64,000 nucleotides of DNA from Octopus vulgaris. Lineage: Eukaryota. The position numbers and the translations under genes are program-made. Location: contig OX597838.1 in assembly GCA_951406725.2 (NCBI GenBank), positions 25,792,001 to 25,856,000 on the forward strand, written 5' to 3'. Under the pieces are notes generated by a model. That model did not search any database. It was not told where the DNA came from and saw nothing but the letters and a program-made list of their open reading frames with translations. Below are positions 26,159-41,145 of the stretch, piece by piece; position 1 is the stretch's first letter; each line of letters starts with the position of its first letter.

Positions 26159-27516
26159 GGATCTTTTCCTTTTGAACGGCAGACAATTTCTAGTTAACTA
26201 AACACTTTAAAACTTCGTATACTGGTAGAATGTGTCAAAATAAAACATTTTTTTCTCTTGGCTTTCTTGATAAAATTGTAATTTGTTTGTTTAACGTAGT
26301 TTAATTTTTCGAATTTTTACCAATGCCGGTGGCACGTAAAATACACCAATCCGACCGTACGACAGGCACCCATGCCAACCCCCCTTTGCTTGCGAAGACA
26401 TGTTGGGGCAAGCGAAAGCGAAATCGAATTGAACCAGCCAGGATCCCTGGTCTGGTGGTATGTAAAAAGCACTATCCGACTCGTGGCCGATGCCAGCGCC
26501 GCCTCGACTGGCTTCCGCGCCGGTGGCACATAAAATACACCAATCCGACCGTGGTCGTTGCCAGCCTCGCCTGGCACCTGTGCAGGTGGCACGTAAAAAG
26601 CACCCACTACACTCATGGAGTGGTTGGCGTTAGGAAGGGCATCCAGCTGTAGAAACATTGCCAGATATGACTGGAGCCTGGTGCAGCCTTCTGGCTTCCC
26701 AGATCCCTGGTCGAACCGTCCAACCCATGCTAGCATGGAGAACGGACGTTAAACGATGATGATGATGAATCGCCTCTAATTGAGCTAAAATCATTTGCTG
26801 CATCTAAAACTGAGACAAAATCCTATCACTAAACCTAAATTTTTTTTTTACTTAATTGTTAAATTAATTTAATTGTTGTTGTTGTTTTTACACACGTAAC
26901 AAAATTAAGAAAAAAAAATTTAGGGTTTAGTGACAGGATGTTGTTTCAGTTTTAGATGCAGCAAATGATTTTAGCTCAATTAGAGGCGATTCATTGGTAA
27001 AAATTCGAAAAATTAAACTATGTTAAACAAACGAATTACAATTTTATCAAGAAAGCCAAGAGAAAAAAATGTTTTATTTTGACACATTCTACCAGTATAC
27101 GAAGTTTTAAAGTGTTTAGTTAACTAGAAATTGTGTTGACATGTGCCGTTCAAAAGGAAAAGATCCTATTTTCCATTGCTTTGGGTTTTTTTACACGCGT
27201 AACAATTAAATTAATTTAACAATTAAGAAAAAAAAAATTTAGGGTTAGGGTTAGGGGGAGGTTTAGGGTTAGTGACAGGATGTTGTCTCAGTTTTAGACA
27301 CAGCAAATGATTTTAGCTCAATGGAGGTAATCGATTGGTTAAAATTGCCGAAATGCTCGAAATTTCAAACGAAATATCTTACAAACTATCGAATTTTCTC
27401 AATAAAACCAAGAGAAAATGATGTTTTATAAACACATTCTACCAGTATACGAAGTTTAAAACTTTTTAGTTACCTAGAAATTATGTTACAAAGTGCCGTT
27501 CAAAAGGAAAAGATCC
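26159..27516. mobile_element. Composite fold-back MITE (TIR GGATCTTTTCCTTTTGAACGGC) with nested RTE-tail insertion
   Basis: Left TIR at 26159, right TIRs at 27167 and 27516; long inverted arms; CATCC-starting direct repeats flank the outer ends; insertion at ~26326-26768. Confidence 0.8.
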
Positions 27517-28080
27517 CATCCCTCCTCTAAAAACGGTATTGAGTAATTCTTCAGTTTAAAGTTAATTTGTTTTTGTTATAATTTGACATAAACACACACA
27601 CACATATATTGGCGTTAGGAAGGGCATCCAACCGTAGAAACACTGCCAGATCTGACTGGGCCTGATGAATCCTTCTGGCTTCACAGACCCCAGTTGAACC
27701 GTCCAACCCATGCTAGCATGGAAAACGGACGCTAAACGATGATGATGATGATGATACATTAAAAGGGTTAAAGACCCCCTTCGGTCATGAGTGACCATGG
27801 GATTGCACCTAGAAAGTTACCATCCTAGACACAAGTCCGGGCAAGGTTGTCTTATGGAAGACCAGCAGTCGCCCATGCATACCAGCCTCCCCTCTCCACG
27901 CTACCAGTGTTATCCAAGGGAAAGACAAAGGTCGATACAGCTTGGCACCAGTGACGTCGCAACTCATTTTTACAGCTGAGTGAACTGGAGCAACGTGAAA
28001 TAAAGTGCCTTGCTCAAGAACACAACACGCAGCCCGGTCCGGGATTCGAGCTCACAACCTCACGATCGTAAGCTCGACGC

Positions 28081-28123
<43 letters not shown>

Positions 28124-28493
28124 TCTTTTACTTGTTTCAGTCATCTGATTGCGGCCATGCTGGAGCACCACCTTTAGTCGAGCAAATCGACCTCGGGACT
28201 TATTCTTTGTAAGCCCAGTACTTATTCTATCGGTCTCTTTGCCGAACCGCTAAGTGACGGGGACGTAAACACACCAGCATCGGTTGTCAATGCTGGGGAG
28301 ACAAACACACACACATACATATATATATATACATATATACGACAGGTTTCTTTCAGTTTCCGTCTACCAAATCCACTCACAAGGCATTGGTCGGCCTGGG
28401 GCTATAGAAGACACTTGCCCAAGATGCCACACAGTGGGACTGAACTCGGAACCATGTGGTTGGTTAGCAAGCTACTTACCACATAGCCACTCC

Positions 28494-28559
<66 letters not shown>

Positions 28560-29795
28560 TGTATATATAGAGAGAGAGGGGGGAAGGAGGCGCTGGTGTG
28601 ATTGTGTGGTAGTTTACTCCCCAATCACATTGTTCTGGGTTCAGTCCCACTGCGTGACGCCTTGGGCAAGTGTCTTCAACTATAGACTTGGGCTAACCAA
28701 AAAAACCACGTGAGTGGATTTGGTAGACGTAAACTGAAAGAAGCCTGACTTATACATATTGTGTGTGTTCCTCCTACCATCACTGTTTGATAACCGATGT
28801 TGGTGTGTTTCAGTCGCAGTAATTTAGCAGTTCGATAAATAGAGTACAATAAGAATAAATACGAGGCTTAAAGAAGTAAAAGAGTACTGGGGTCGATTCG
28901 TTCGACAAAAAGTTCTTCAAGGCGGCGCCCCAAGATGCCCGAAGTCTAATGATTGAAACAAGCAGGGATAGATAGATAGACAGATAGATAGATAAGTTTC
29001 TTTATTGGCCACACAGGGCTGCACACAGATGGGACATGTTACAAGGTAGAGCTTTTCTTTTGGGGGTTGAAAAAAACAAAAAACAAAAGAAAAAAAAAAG
29101 GGGTGGCGTAGGTTTTCGATCAAGAGGGATCGTAAAAGGGAAGAAAAGAACAAAAAATAAATAAATAAATAAAATAAAAAATATAGATAGATAGATAGAT
29201 AGAGAAACAGAAAGAGAGAGATAGAGGGAGAGAGTGATTGGAGTTAGCAATTAAGCGAACTAATTACTTAGTGGCAATCAAGATTGCCTAATTAGTTTGT
29301 TTTTTTTTCTCTTTTTTTAGGCAGTCAAACCTAAATTTTTTACGAATCGCTACTGGGAATTTCTCATTTCTGTTCTCAAGAAACGGGAACGGTTAATGTT
29401 AACATCTTGACCCGGAAAAAATTTAAAAAAAACAAAAACCTCCAAGCACAGATCCCAGCAGATCCAACGGGGAATAAATTATAATAAAATTGTAATGTAA
29501 TCACTGAAACAACACTGAAAATTCACTGGAAAAGTTCGCTTGTGTTTGTATATATAATTAATATAATTAATATAGACAGCAGTTTGCAGTGTTTCACCAA
29601 AGAGGAAAACTATTATAATTGTCACCAGATGTGACTAGGGTGTTAGGAACACTTACAACATTCCTAGAAATAGGAGCTAAAATGTTCTAATGCTGTAGTC
29701 AACGCACATAAATACTGACTGAGACTATAATCGTCCGAAAACACCGTCCGGGAATTCCTTATGCTGACCGACCAGTGTGTATATATATATATATA

Positions 29796-30020
29796 ATAAT
29801 AATAATAATGAAATCAATTGTATACAGTGCTCAGGTGCACCACAACTTGTCAGAAAGTGCGTATAAAGTACATGCAGTAATGTAGAAATGTCTGGAAAGC
29901 GAACAATGTATGAGTCAGATACATGCTTGTGTGTTTATAGGGGGGGGGAGGATCAAGTGTAGTGTTGGCGAATCTCAGGAAGCATGGAAGTTTTGAAGGA
30001 TGCAGTGCTCCGACAACTAA
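29796..30020 (-). mobile_element. 3' end of a CR1/L2-like LINE
   Basis: VSCRSTASFKTSML...stop, then a UTR and an (ATT)n tail. Confidence 0.45.
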
Positions 30021-30436
30021 TATATATATATATATATATATATGGCGACGGGTATTTGTCAGTTAGTTCTGTAATCTATCGCTTCCCTGTGAACCGACGG
30101 AGATTAGACATACATACACGAGCGTATGTGCGTGTGTGTGTTAGTGCGATTTGCTCTTAGCGAACCTCTTTGATTCGATCAACCCACCCAGTGGAAGTTT
30201 TTCAACTTTCGTCTGTCGCCCGTGCTTCGGATCATGCTGATCTGCAGCGGGACGGGAACTGAGGGAATGAATGAATAGCCATAGACCGAAGGTCGGAAAT
30301 GTCTTTGATAACGGGGACTCTCAGGGACACGGCAATCAATTATAAAAAATGGACAAATCACCATATATAAATTTCGATCACGGATCAGTATATAGTGTGT
30401 GCGTGTGTGTGTATATATTTATGTATGCATGCCTGT

Positions 30437-30910
<474 letters not shown>

Positions 30911-30963
30911 ATATACATATAAATTAATTTCTCGATCTGCCGTTAAAAGGGTAAAGATTCCAT

Positions 30964-31007
<44 letters not shown>

Positions 31008-31011
31008 CATG

Positions 31012-31156
31012 GGATCTTTACCCTTTGAACGGCTGATCGAGAATTTTTTGTAACTAAACACATTCAAACTGTTTAGTTACAGAAAAGTAAACTTTCAAAC
31101 TGTTTATTTACAAAAAAATAATTTCTCGATCTGCCGTTCAAAGGGGGTAAAGATCC
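31012..31156. mobile_element. Short MITE related to the 26-27 kb fold-back element
   Basis: TIR GGATCTTTACCC(CC)TTTGAACGGC; 8-bp TSD TTTGCATG/TTTGCATA. Confidence 0.75.
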
Positions 31157-31359
31157 TTTGCATATATGTATGTATTACATATTCGCTTCAAGTTAGTTGA
31201 GAAATTTCTCTCAACTTATCTCTAAACATACCGACACGCTCACAAATACTTATATACAGATTATACAGATTCGATTACAACATCCATCGACCAAGTCGAC
31301 AGACATACAAAGAGACAAACAGACCACCTTGTTTCGCATTTATGGTGTGTGTGTGTATA

Positions 31360-31396
<37 letters not shown>

Positions 31397-31558
31397 AGGG
31401 AGAGAGAGATTCATAGTTAGATAGAGAGAGAGATTCATAGTTAGATAGACAAAGAGATTCTTAGAAAGGACAGAAAGATCGATAAATAGATATTCTGGGA
31501 GATAGACAAACAAGCAAAGAAACGGATTAACACTTTCTATCCTAAATGAAGAACTTAC

Positions 31559-31576
31559 CTCCGAATCCCAATCCAT
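31559..31576 (-). CDS. Candidate first coding exon (MDWDSE) of an unidentified minus-strand gene
   Basis: Strong Kozak context AAAGCCATGG, then a perfect donor GAG|GTAAGT 18 nt later, in a CpG-retaining region. Confidence 0.45.
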
Positions 31577-32152
31577 GGCTTTAGATAATCACTTCACAAA
31601 TATATAAGATATATTCGGGATATTTTCTACACTCTAACACACTCAACCAAAAACTGTGTTCGTCTGCTCAGACGGACGTAAAGCTAACAGTTGCTGTGTT
31701 GTTCTTTTTTGTAATAATGGTAGTTTGCTATCGTAGGGTGATAGTTTCAGTGCATCTAGCGGTCTGGACGTAATAATATCGTTGCTGTTGTTATTACGAG
31801 TCAGCGTGGTGCTGACGATGGCCGCTGCTTTGAAGTCGTTATTCATTCAGTGTTTAAGGAAGTCGGTACTCGATGGTCGAGTGTTGCTTTCTATTGTTTT
31901 GTTGTTTTTTTTTGTTTTGTTTCTTTTACTCTTGTGTTTTTGTTTTTTTTACTTGTTTCACTCTGCGACCCTGCTGGAGCAACCACCTTGAAGAAATTTT
32001 TAGTCAAACGAACCGATGACTCCAGTACTTATTGGTTTTCGTTTTTTTAAAGTCTGGTACTTATTCTGTCGGTGTCGTTTGCCGTACTGCTAGTTTGCCG
32101 GGGACGTAAACACACCTACGCCTGCTGTCAAGCGGTGGTAGGACATGGACAC

Positions 32153-32187
<35 letters not shown>

Positions 32188-32276
32188 CACACACACACGC
32201 GCGCACACACACACGAAGGGCTTCTTTCAGCTTCCATCTAACCAAATCCAATCACAAGGATTTGATCGGCCCGAGG

Positions 32277-32425
32277 CAGGGCTGGCCCTAGGGTTGCTGG
32301 CACCCCGGGCAAGCTGAACTTCGGCGTGTACAAGCTGACGGTCGTGGAAATTTCCTTGTCTTTGTCACGCCCTCCTTGACGCCCTGGGCGATTGCCCGAG
32401 TTGCTGGTACCTTGAGCCGGCCTTA
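32277..32425. mobile_element. hAT-type MITE inserted in a SINE
   Basis: Ends CAGGGCTGGC / GCCGGCCTTA; 8-bp TSD GCCCGAGG. Confidence 0.75.
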
Positions 32426-33445
32426 GCCCGAGGCTATAGTAGAAGACATTTTTGCCCAAGGTGCCATGCAGTGGGACTGAACGCGGAACCGTGTGGTTGG
32501 GAAGCAAACTTCTTATCACATAGCCACGCCTGAGCTTCTTTCAGTTTTCGTCTACCAAATTTACTCACAAGGGCAATAGCAGAAGACACTTGCCCAAGGT
32601 GCCACGCAGTGGGGCAGAACCCCAAAACCATGTGGTTGGGAAGCAAAATTCTTACCACACACCCACGCCTGTTATTATTTACTTAATTTTTTTTTACAAT
32701 CTTTTATTCTTTTATTTGTTTCAGTCATTTAACGGCGGCCATGCTGGGGCACTACCTTTCGTCGAACAAATCAACCCTAGGACTTATTCTTTGTAAACCT
32801 AGTACTTATTCTATCGGCTCTCTTTTGCCGAACCGCTAAGTTACGGGGATGTAAACACACCAACAACGGTTGTCAAGTGATGGTGGGGGGACAAACACAG
32901 ACACACAAATGCATACATGTGGAACAATTTATTAAATCTTTTATCTAGTGACATATTTTTATAGTAAGAAGACAAAGAGAAAACATGAAAAGCATAAAAG
33001 ATCAAATTGTCGAGAACACACTCCCCCCATGACCACCTCCCCAAGGAAACAAAGAAAAAGAAAAAAGGGGAGGGGAGAGAGAATTAAATAGCAAAATCCG
33101 CGTAGGGAGTGAGAGAAGAACAAACTGTATACCTGTTTCTTTATTACCCACAAGGGGCTAAACATAGAAGGGACAAACAAGGACAGACAAACGGGTTAAA
33201 TCGATTACATCGACCCCAGTGCGTAACTGGTACTTAATTTATCGACCCCAAAAGGATGAAAGACAAAGTCGACCTCGGCGGAATTTGAACTTAGAACGTA
33301 ACGGCAGACGAAATACTGCAAAGCATTTCGCCCGGCGTTCTAACGTTTCTGCCAGCTCGCCGCCTTCAGAAGAATAAACGGTATACCTTAGACCAAATGG
33401 CATGTTCAGCCATGCCTTGTGGACAGGATTGCAAAAGTATTGCTT

Positions 33446-34382
33446 GAGCTTGAGTGACAAAATCTGTAATGAGCTTGAGTGAGGAAATCTGCGATGAACT
33501 CGAGTGACGAAAGCTGTGATGAGCCTGAATGACGAAATCTGTAATGAGCTCGAGTGACGAAATCTGTGATGAGCTTGAGTGACGAAATCTGTGATGAGCT
33601 TGAGTGACGAAATCTGTAATGATCTCGAGTGACGAAATCTGTGATGAGCCTGAGTGACGAAATCTGTAATGAGCTCGAGTGACGAAAGCTGTGATGAGCT
33701 CGAATGATGAAATCTGTGATGAGCTTAAGTGACAAAATCTGTGATGAGCTTGAGTGACGAAATCTGTGATGAGCTTGAGTGACAAAATCTGTAATGAGCC
33801 TGAATGACGAAATCTGTAATGAGCTCGAGTTACGAAATCTGTAATGAGCCTGAATGACAAAATCTGTAATGAGCTCGAGTGACGAAATCTGTGATGAGCC
33901 TGAATGACGAAATCTGTGATGAGCTTGAGTGACGAAATCTGTGATGAGCCTGAATGACGAAATCTGTAATGAGCTCGAGTGACGAAAGCTGTGATGAGCC
34001 TGAATGACGAAATCTGTAATGAGCTCGAGTGACGAAATCTGTGATGAGCTTGAGTGACAAAATCTGTAATGAGCCTGAATGACAAAATCTGTAATGAGCT
34101 CGAGTTACGAAATCTGTAATGAGCCTGAATGACAAAATCTGTAATGAGCTCGAGTGACGAAATCTGTGATGAGCCTGAATGACGAAATCTGTGATGAGCT
34201 TGAGTGACGAAATCTGTGATGAGCCTGAATGACGAAATCTGTAATGAGCTCGAGTTACGAAATCTGTAATGAGCCTGAATGACAAAATCTGTAATGAGCT
34301 CGAGTGACGAAATCTGTGATGAGCCTGAATGACGAAATCTGTGATGAGCTTGAGTGACGAAATCTGTAATGAGCTTGAATGA
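33446..34382. repeat. 25-bp minisatellite, about 37 units
   Basis: Unit GAGC(T/C)(T/C)GA(G/A)TGAC(G/A)AAATCTGT(G/A)AT. Confidence 0.95.
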
Positions 34383-35002
34383 CACTGATGACCCGGAGTT
34401 GCTTCTGAGTCTAAGAATCCTTTTATCATTTACTTGTCTCGGTCATTGGACTGCAGCTCTGCTGGGGAAACCATCCTGACGTGTTATGTATTTAGTTGAG
34501 AAAATCGAACCCAGTACCTATTTCTTTTAAGACTGGTGCTTCTTTAAGTTGTTAAGTTAGGGGACATAAACAAACCAACACCAGTTGTCAAGCAGTGGTG
34601 GAGAACAAATGCAAACACAAATGCACGCACACACATGTATATATTTATATATGTGTGTATGTGTGTGTATATGTCTATATATATATATATCACGGGTTTC
34701 TTTCAGTTTCCATCAACTGAATCCACTCATAAAGCTTTGGTGGGTCTGCAGTGCTGTAACAGAAGACAGTTGTCCAAGGTGCCATGCAGTGGGACAGAAC
34801 TTGGAACTATGTGGTCGGGAGGCAAGCTTCTCATCACACCAGCTACAATGGCCAGTAACTTTGCGTTTTTCGAAAACTCACATAAATTTAAACTATTTCA
34901 AAAACCTCAATTCCCTAGAAACCAAACGTCCACCTTTTGGCGTTTTTAGCTAAGATCACATATTGTGTAAGTGGTTGTTTATATTTTGTTGAATCACAAT
35001 GA

Positions 35003-35460
<458 letters not shown>

Positions 35461-35783
35461 TGCCTGCCTGTGTAACTCAACCTTCACTTTCACCAACACA
35501 ACGAACATCACCACCAAACCAAAACAATCACCACCATTACCACTTCACCAGCTTCTTAATGACCACTACAACCACCACCACCACTATCACCACCACCACC
35601 ACCAACAACAACAACAGTATTAACAAAATTAGCAGCTCAAAATGAAATAAGACAATGGCATGAGATAATATGGGGGTATCTGAGTGTATCTTAAAAGTTG
35701 AATGAAATGTTTTTGATCTCAGGTCAATGAGGATCGACATGAAGCTAATCAGCTACAACAATGCAATTAAGAAGAACAATATG

Positions 35784-35815
<32 letters not shown>

Positions 35816-37479
35816 CAACATCTCCCACCATCACTAAAACACCCAACACTACCTCTACTACTACTATTATTATTATTCAGATCACTGCCTGGAATCGAAC
35901 TTGGAATCTTGGGGTTAGTAGCCTGTGCTCTTAACTACTATGCCATATGCCCACCTCCAACAGGTGGTCATGGGAAAAGGAAAGCAGAGCATGCAGTTAT
36001 TGTGGATCAGATGAGAAATACAAGGGGCAAAGTGCCCTTGAACCTGGCAATATACTGTAATTCCTGTACAGTATATTACCAGATAATCATACTCTAGTTT
36101 CTCACATACACTCACAAACACACACACATACACCTTGTTGTACTGACATACAACATCTGTAGCTACAGTCATTGTAGTCATGCTGATACTGTTATTGTTA
36201 TTTCCAGTTGGTACTTCAAGAGTTGGTGGGTTAATAGTGGTGCTAGTGTTGATTGTACTGGTTTTGGTTATGCTTGTAGGTATTGTTTGTAGAGGTGGTG
36301 GTGGTGGTCATATTGTTCTTGTTAATTGTAATGCTATTTCTGTTTGGCCTCAAGTCAATCCTCAATGATCTGAGATCAGAAACATTTCATTTAACTTTTA
36401 AGATACACTTGGACACCCCTGTTTTATCTCCTGATTGTCTTTTATTTAAGAAACCACATTTTTGTGATGAGAGCAAGGTGGAATTGTTGCAAAAAGCCTT
36501 TTTCAGAAAGAAAGAAAAGAAGCCAACTCTAAATAAATGAAAGTGAAAATGGAGATATAGAAAACCCATTATATCGAACTCCACTCCCACCTATTTCTTT
36601 ACTACCCACAAGGGGCTAAACAAAGAGGGGACAAACAAGGACAGACAAATGGATTAAGTCGATTACATCGACCCCAGTGCGTAACTGGTACTTATTTAAT
36701 CGACCCCGAAAGGATGAAAGGCAAAGTCGACCTCAGCGGAATTTGAACTCGAAAGGATGAAAGGCAAAGTCGACCTCAGCGGAATTTGAACTCAGAATGT
36801 CACGGTAGACGAAATACCACTAAGCATTTCACCTGGTGTGCTAACGTTTCTGCCAGCTCACTGCCTTGACTCCGCTTCCACCACTACCACCACCACCACC
36901 ATACCAACATAACCAACACTCACATGTACGACTACAAAACAAAGCATTAAAGAAACTGCAGGAACAACAACAGAAACAAGTAAACAAGCTGAAAAACACA
37001 TAAGCCCAACCCATCTCCATTACTGAATTCTGCTCTCACCACCACCACCATCACCATCATAACAACAAAACCAAATACTCACATATATGACTACAACTAC
37101 AGAAGAAACCGTTAAAAAAAAATTGCAGGAACAACAACAGAAACACTTAAACAAGCTGACAAACACACAGGTCCGATTCATTGCCATCAAGTTCACTGTT
37201 CATTGAAAGAGCAACAGCGATTTGATGGAGGAAGTCATCAAAGATGAAATTTCTACAAAGAGACGTCTTTCACTGAACTGTAGTTAAAATCCTCCTCGAG
37301 ACATACTATGAATACAAATTCACACAAAATAAAGCAAACATGCAAACATGGCCACTGACATTGGATCTTTTTCAAAAAGACCTAACAAAAACATTTCAGA
37401 TCCTTTTGTGACTACCACTTCAACTAAAGAGAATCTCAGTTCACATGCACTTCTTGGGAACCTCTTTACTTGTTCTTTT

Positions 37480-38165
37480 CTGGTCATACAGTTGGTTGTA
37501 TAAATGTATGTTGACAAAGATCGGCCTGGAAGCACTGTCATTTGCTCAGCAGCCTAATGTTATGAGATATAAATTCGGTAGCAATTAGCGAGATTAGACT
37601 TTCCAAAGCAAGCATGCATGTGCCCGACTCTATGATGACAACAAGGTTCACTAAGCTCACAGTCTGTCAGGATTGGGCAGAAATGGCAGTGTTTTGGAAA
37701 TGTTTGGAACTCAAGGTACAGAAGATAAGTTGTTTGTGTTGAGTGCGAACAGCAGGGAAACTAATCTATTCTGATAAATGGCTATGTCACAACTGGAGCA
37801 GAATGACTGAGTTTCCTTAGGCTCTGGAAAGTTTGTTGAGTATGCCTGACTCTTTAATAGCATCTGCATTTTAAACAGAGTTGGTTAGTATATGGGAGAA
37901 GTGAGTGTAACAACCTAGCATTTCTGTCTGACTGGTAATGACTGGATTTTTTTGAATGTTCCACAAAGCAGCTACATAGGAGTGGCTGTGTGGTAAGTAA
38001 GACGTAGGAGTAGCTGTGTGGTAAGTAGCTAGCTTACGAACCACATGGTTCTGGGTTCATTCCCACTGCATGGCACCTTGGGCAAGTATCTTCTACTATA
38101 GCCTCGGGCCGACCAAAGCCTTGTGAGTGGATTTGGTAAACAGAAACTGAAAGAAACCTGTTGTA

Positions 38166-38212
<47 letters not shown>

Positions 38213-39340
38213 ATATGTTTGTGTCTGTATTTGTCCCCCCAACATTGCTTGACAATTGATGCTGGTGTGTTTACATCCCCGTAAATTAGCAGTTTGGCAA
38301 AAGAGACTGACAGAATAAGTACTAGGCTTACAAAGAATAAGTCCTGGGGTCGATTTGCTTGACTAAAGGCCACAGTCAAATGACTGAAACAAGTAAAAGA
38401 GTAAAGCAGCTACGTACAAAGAATTTTCGTAAGATCATTGGATAGGTTTGGTGTAGTTGTCCACAATTTAAACTAGTCGGTTACGCATATCACAAATTTG
38501 TGATCTGCTAGTTTGACTTAGATAGATCTCAAAACATAGAACTGAGTATAGATCATTCTCAATGCATGTAGCCTGCAGACTCTGGATTAGCATTTAACTA
38601 AAACTTTTGATACAAGCAATCGTCAACAACTTGTGGTGGAATGTTCTGAGGAAAACGATTAGAGGAGAATCTTTAAGCCTTAGTAGAAAAAAGTAATGGT
38701 AAAGAAAAATAGACTAGTGAGACAGTGAGTAGATTAAAAGAGGCAATTAGGAAAGGCATTGAGATTGATGTGCTAGTGGCAAGAATAGCTCTTGACTATG
38801 CCTTCAGTGCAAAACTCAAAGGTTATGTGGTTAGAGTTAAGGCACATGCACTAAAATATGAGAAAACGAAAATCACTTGATGGGTCTGGGTGGCAGAGTT
38901 GTGACACGAGAATTAAGTCACAATTTGGTGTTTGATAAACCTGTACAGGCGCTTGCGACTTGGTTTCAAATAGATGTATGTGACTAATACAGAAGTAAGG
39001 CCTGGGCTTCTATGAAAAACGAGGAACAATGACTGGCTACAACACAGAGGGCTGTAGAAAGATCCATGCTAGGATGGAGTCGTTGTGGGAGTCTGTTGGA
39101 GATGAGGAAGTTTGGGAATGGAATGGACTGAAGAACATGATCATGGAATAATGAAAGCACAAGTTCCACTGGGCAGGACATATCACAAGGTTTACTAACA
39201 ACAGGTGGACCTGTATAGTTATCCAAGGGACTAGACAAAGCCACTTGGAAGATCCCCAAGACAATGAGATGACATTGCGTTACCTACCCATCCTGGCCCC
39301 AATGGGCTGAAATGGAAGAGAAGGGTGCAATCAAAGAGTG
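37480..39340 (+). mobile_element. Highly decayed RTE-1-like LINE interrupted by a SINE
   Basis: Remnants LATTQRAVERSMLG and KFHWAGHITRFTNNRWT near 39030-39210; endonuclease-like remnants at ~37500; SINE 37976-38402 has TSD AAAGCAGCTAC. Confidence 0.65.
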
Positions 39341-39460
39341 AATGATAATCTGGTCAATAGAGAGAGAGAGAGAGAGAGAAAGATCATTGGTTTTCTACTT
39401 TTATTAAAACTATCTGATTATTAGTTCTAATCAATTTTAAACACCATGCACACACACACA

Positions 39461-39748
39461 TCATCATCATCATTGTTCGACCGTGGTCGAGACAATGGAA
39501 TTTACCATGCTACGCCAGACTTCACGGTCCATCATGGCATTACAGAGGTCCTGTTGCTCGATGCCTGTATCCCTGGAGATTACATCAGGGTAGGAGAGTG
39601 TGCGCCCTCTGGTATTGCGAGTAGATGGCTTCCAGAGGAGAAGAGTAGAAATTAACTCTTTTTCAGCTCTACAACAATGTCCAGCAAACTGGACTCTCCT
39701 ACCTTTCACAAGAGATGACACAGGTGGTAGTTTCCCATATATTTGCAT
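39461..39748 (-). mobile_element. 3' fragment of an RTE-group LINE
   Basis: IYGKLPPVSSLVKGRRVQFAGHC...RGR...MMDREVWR followed by a (TGA)n tail. Confidence 0.75.
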
Positions 39749-40913
39749 TTATTTTATTTTAATTTTTTTTCACACACACACACACATATATACATATATA
39801 TACACACATATAGATATGTTATAACTCGACATAAAAGAAACGTTCGTTTTTGTGTGTTTTTTTTTTGTCATTATGTTGAGTTATAATAAAAACAATTTTA
39901 TGTTAATCTGAAGGATTACTCAATACTTTTTGTAGAATACAAATTTACTATTCTTTAACAAGAATGTTGTTGACAGTGACTTCGAAGTTTTGGTCAGCTA
40001 GCTTTTGTTGGACTACATACATGCATGCATGCATACATACACACAGACACATACATACATACATACATACATAATGATAGTAACATTGATCGTGAAAGTA
40101 GTCTATCATGGACCAGTAGCCAGATTACTACCTCCTGCTTTGAAGGCTATGTGTTTGCAATCCAGGAACAGGAAATATCAACCAAATACCTGATGCATAA
40201 AAGGGAGAGAGGTGCAGGAAAAGCAGTAAAATGACTGCAGTCCAATGATCGAAACAAGCAAAGGCTAAAAGACAAAGTTGGTTTTCAATATAGGCAAAAG
40301 ACCATAATGTTTGTGGCGAGGGAACAGGCACTGTCATCGTGTCTCGAAGATGAGATAAAAATTAGAGAAGATAGTTCGATTGAGCAAATAGAAAAATTAT
40401 CAGTGCTACTGAGAGTTATCTCCCCTATCTTGTAAATTAGTTTCCGACAAGAAAGCAATAATTTAGTTATCGGAGTCGATTTAAAAGCTGACTGTAAGAG
40501 TATGTGTGAAATAACTTTTCGAGTTTTTACTTTCTCAGGTCCACTGTCTCACTGGAGTAGAGTTTTGCCCCTCACTCCTCATTTTGTCGATAAAACATGG
40601 AAATTAACGTTGACGATTGGCGTTAATTGTACCAATGTGTTGTTAAATACTGTCGCATCAACGAAGACTGGTTTTCGTTGTATTCATGAATACAGAAGTA
40701 AAATACGAAAGAAAAAAACAAACCAATTTACATTAGGAAGTTATTTAATTGTAATTAAGAACCCTGGAATAAAAACCGGTTAATTTTTGTATTCATTTGG
40801 CTGACGAAATCGAAAGAATTTTCTGGTAGCGATGAAGACTGAACGAAAACATGTCGAGAAATACAATTACACTCATAAAATAAATACATTACGGTAGTTA
40901 GTTAGGTACTTAC

Positions 40914-41145
40914 TTTCATCTTTCCAGTTCAAATGCGGCCGCGCTCAGCATCACCTTTCATCTCTCAACGAAATAAAGACTAGTTCAAATATGGGGGAGT
41001 TAATTTAATCAGCTGTACCTCGCATCTCCAGCGAAAATAAAAGGGGCTCCTCTGATCAATATAGAAATACGAAACTAGAATACCGTGTGTTGTGTGTATA
41101 AAAACTGCTAGCTCCGTTTGAAGATTGGTTGTCTGGCATGAAAAC
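40914..41145. promoter_or_regulatory. Probable IARS2 promoter and 5' UTR, possibly bidirectional
   Basis: CpG-retaining unique sequence just upstream of exon 1; a perfect minus-strand donor (AAA|GTAAGT) starts at 40913. Confidence 0.5.

Noticed and set aside
27239-27273. TTAGGG repeats suggesting an interstitial telomere
   Set aside because: Only a few units, and they are an internal part of the MITE arm.
33366-34429. 339-aa repetitive ORF; array resembling CRISPR or tandem hammerheads (TGATGAG...GAAA)
   Set aside because: The 25-bp unit is not a codon multiple and there are no unique spacers. The core lacks the conserved C and stems I and II do not form.
40800-40862. CTGACGA..GAAA and GAAAACATGTC hammerhead-like fragments near the IARS2 promoter
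   Set aside because: Core and stems are incomplete and cannot be told apart from chance.
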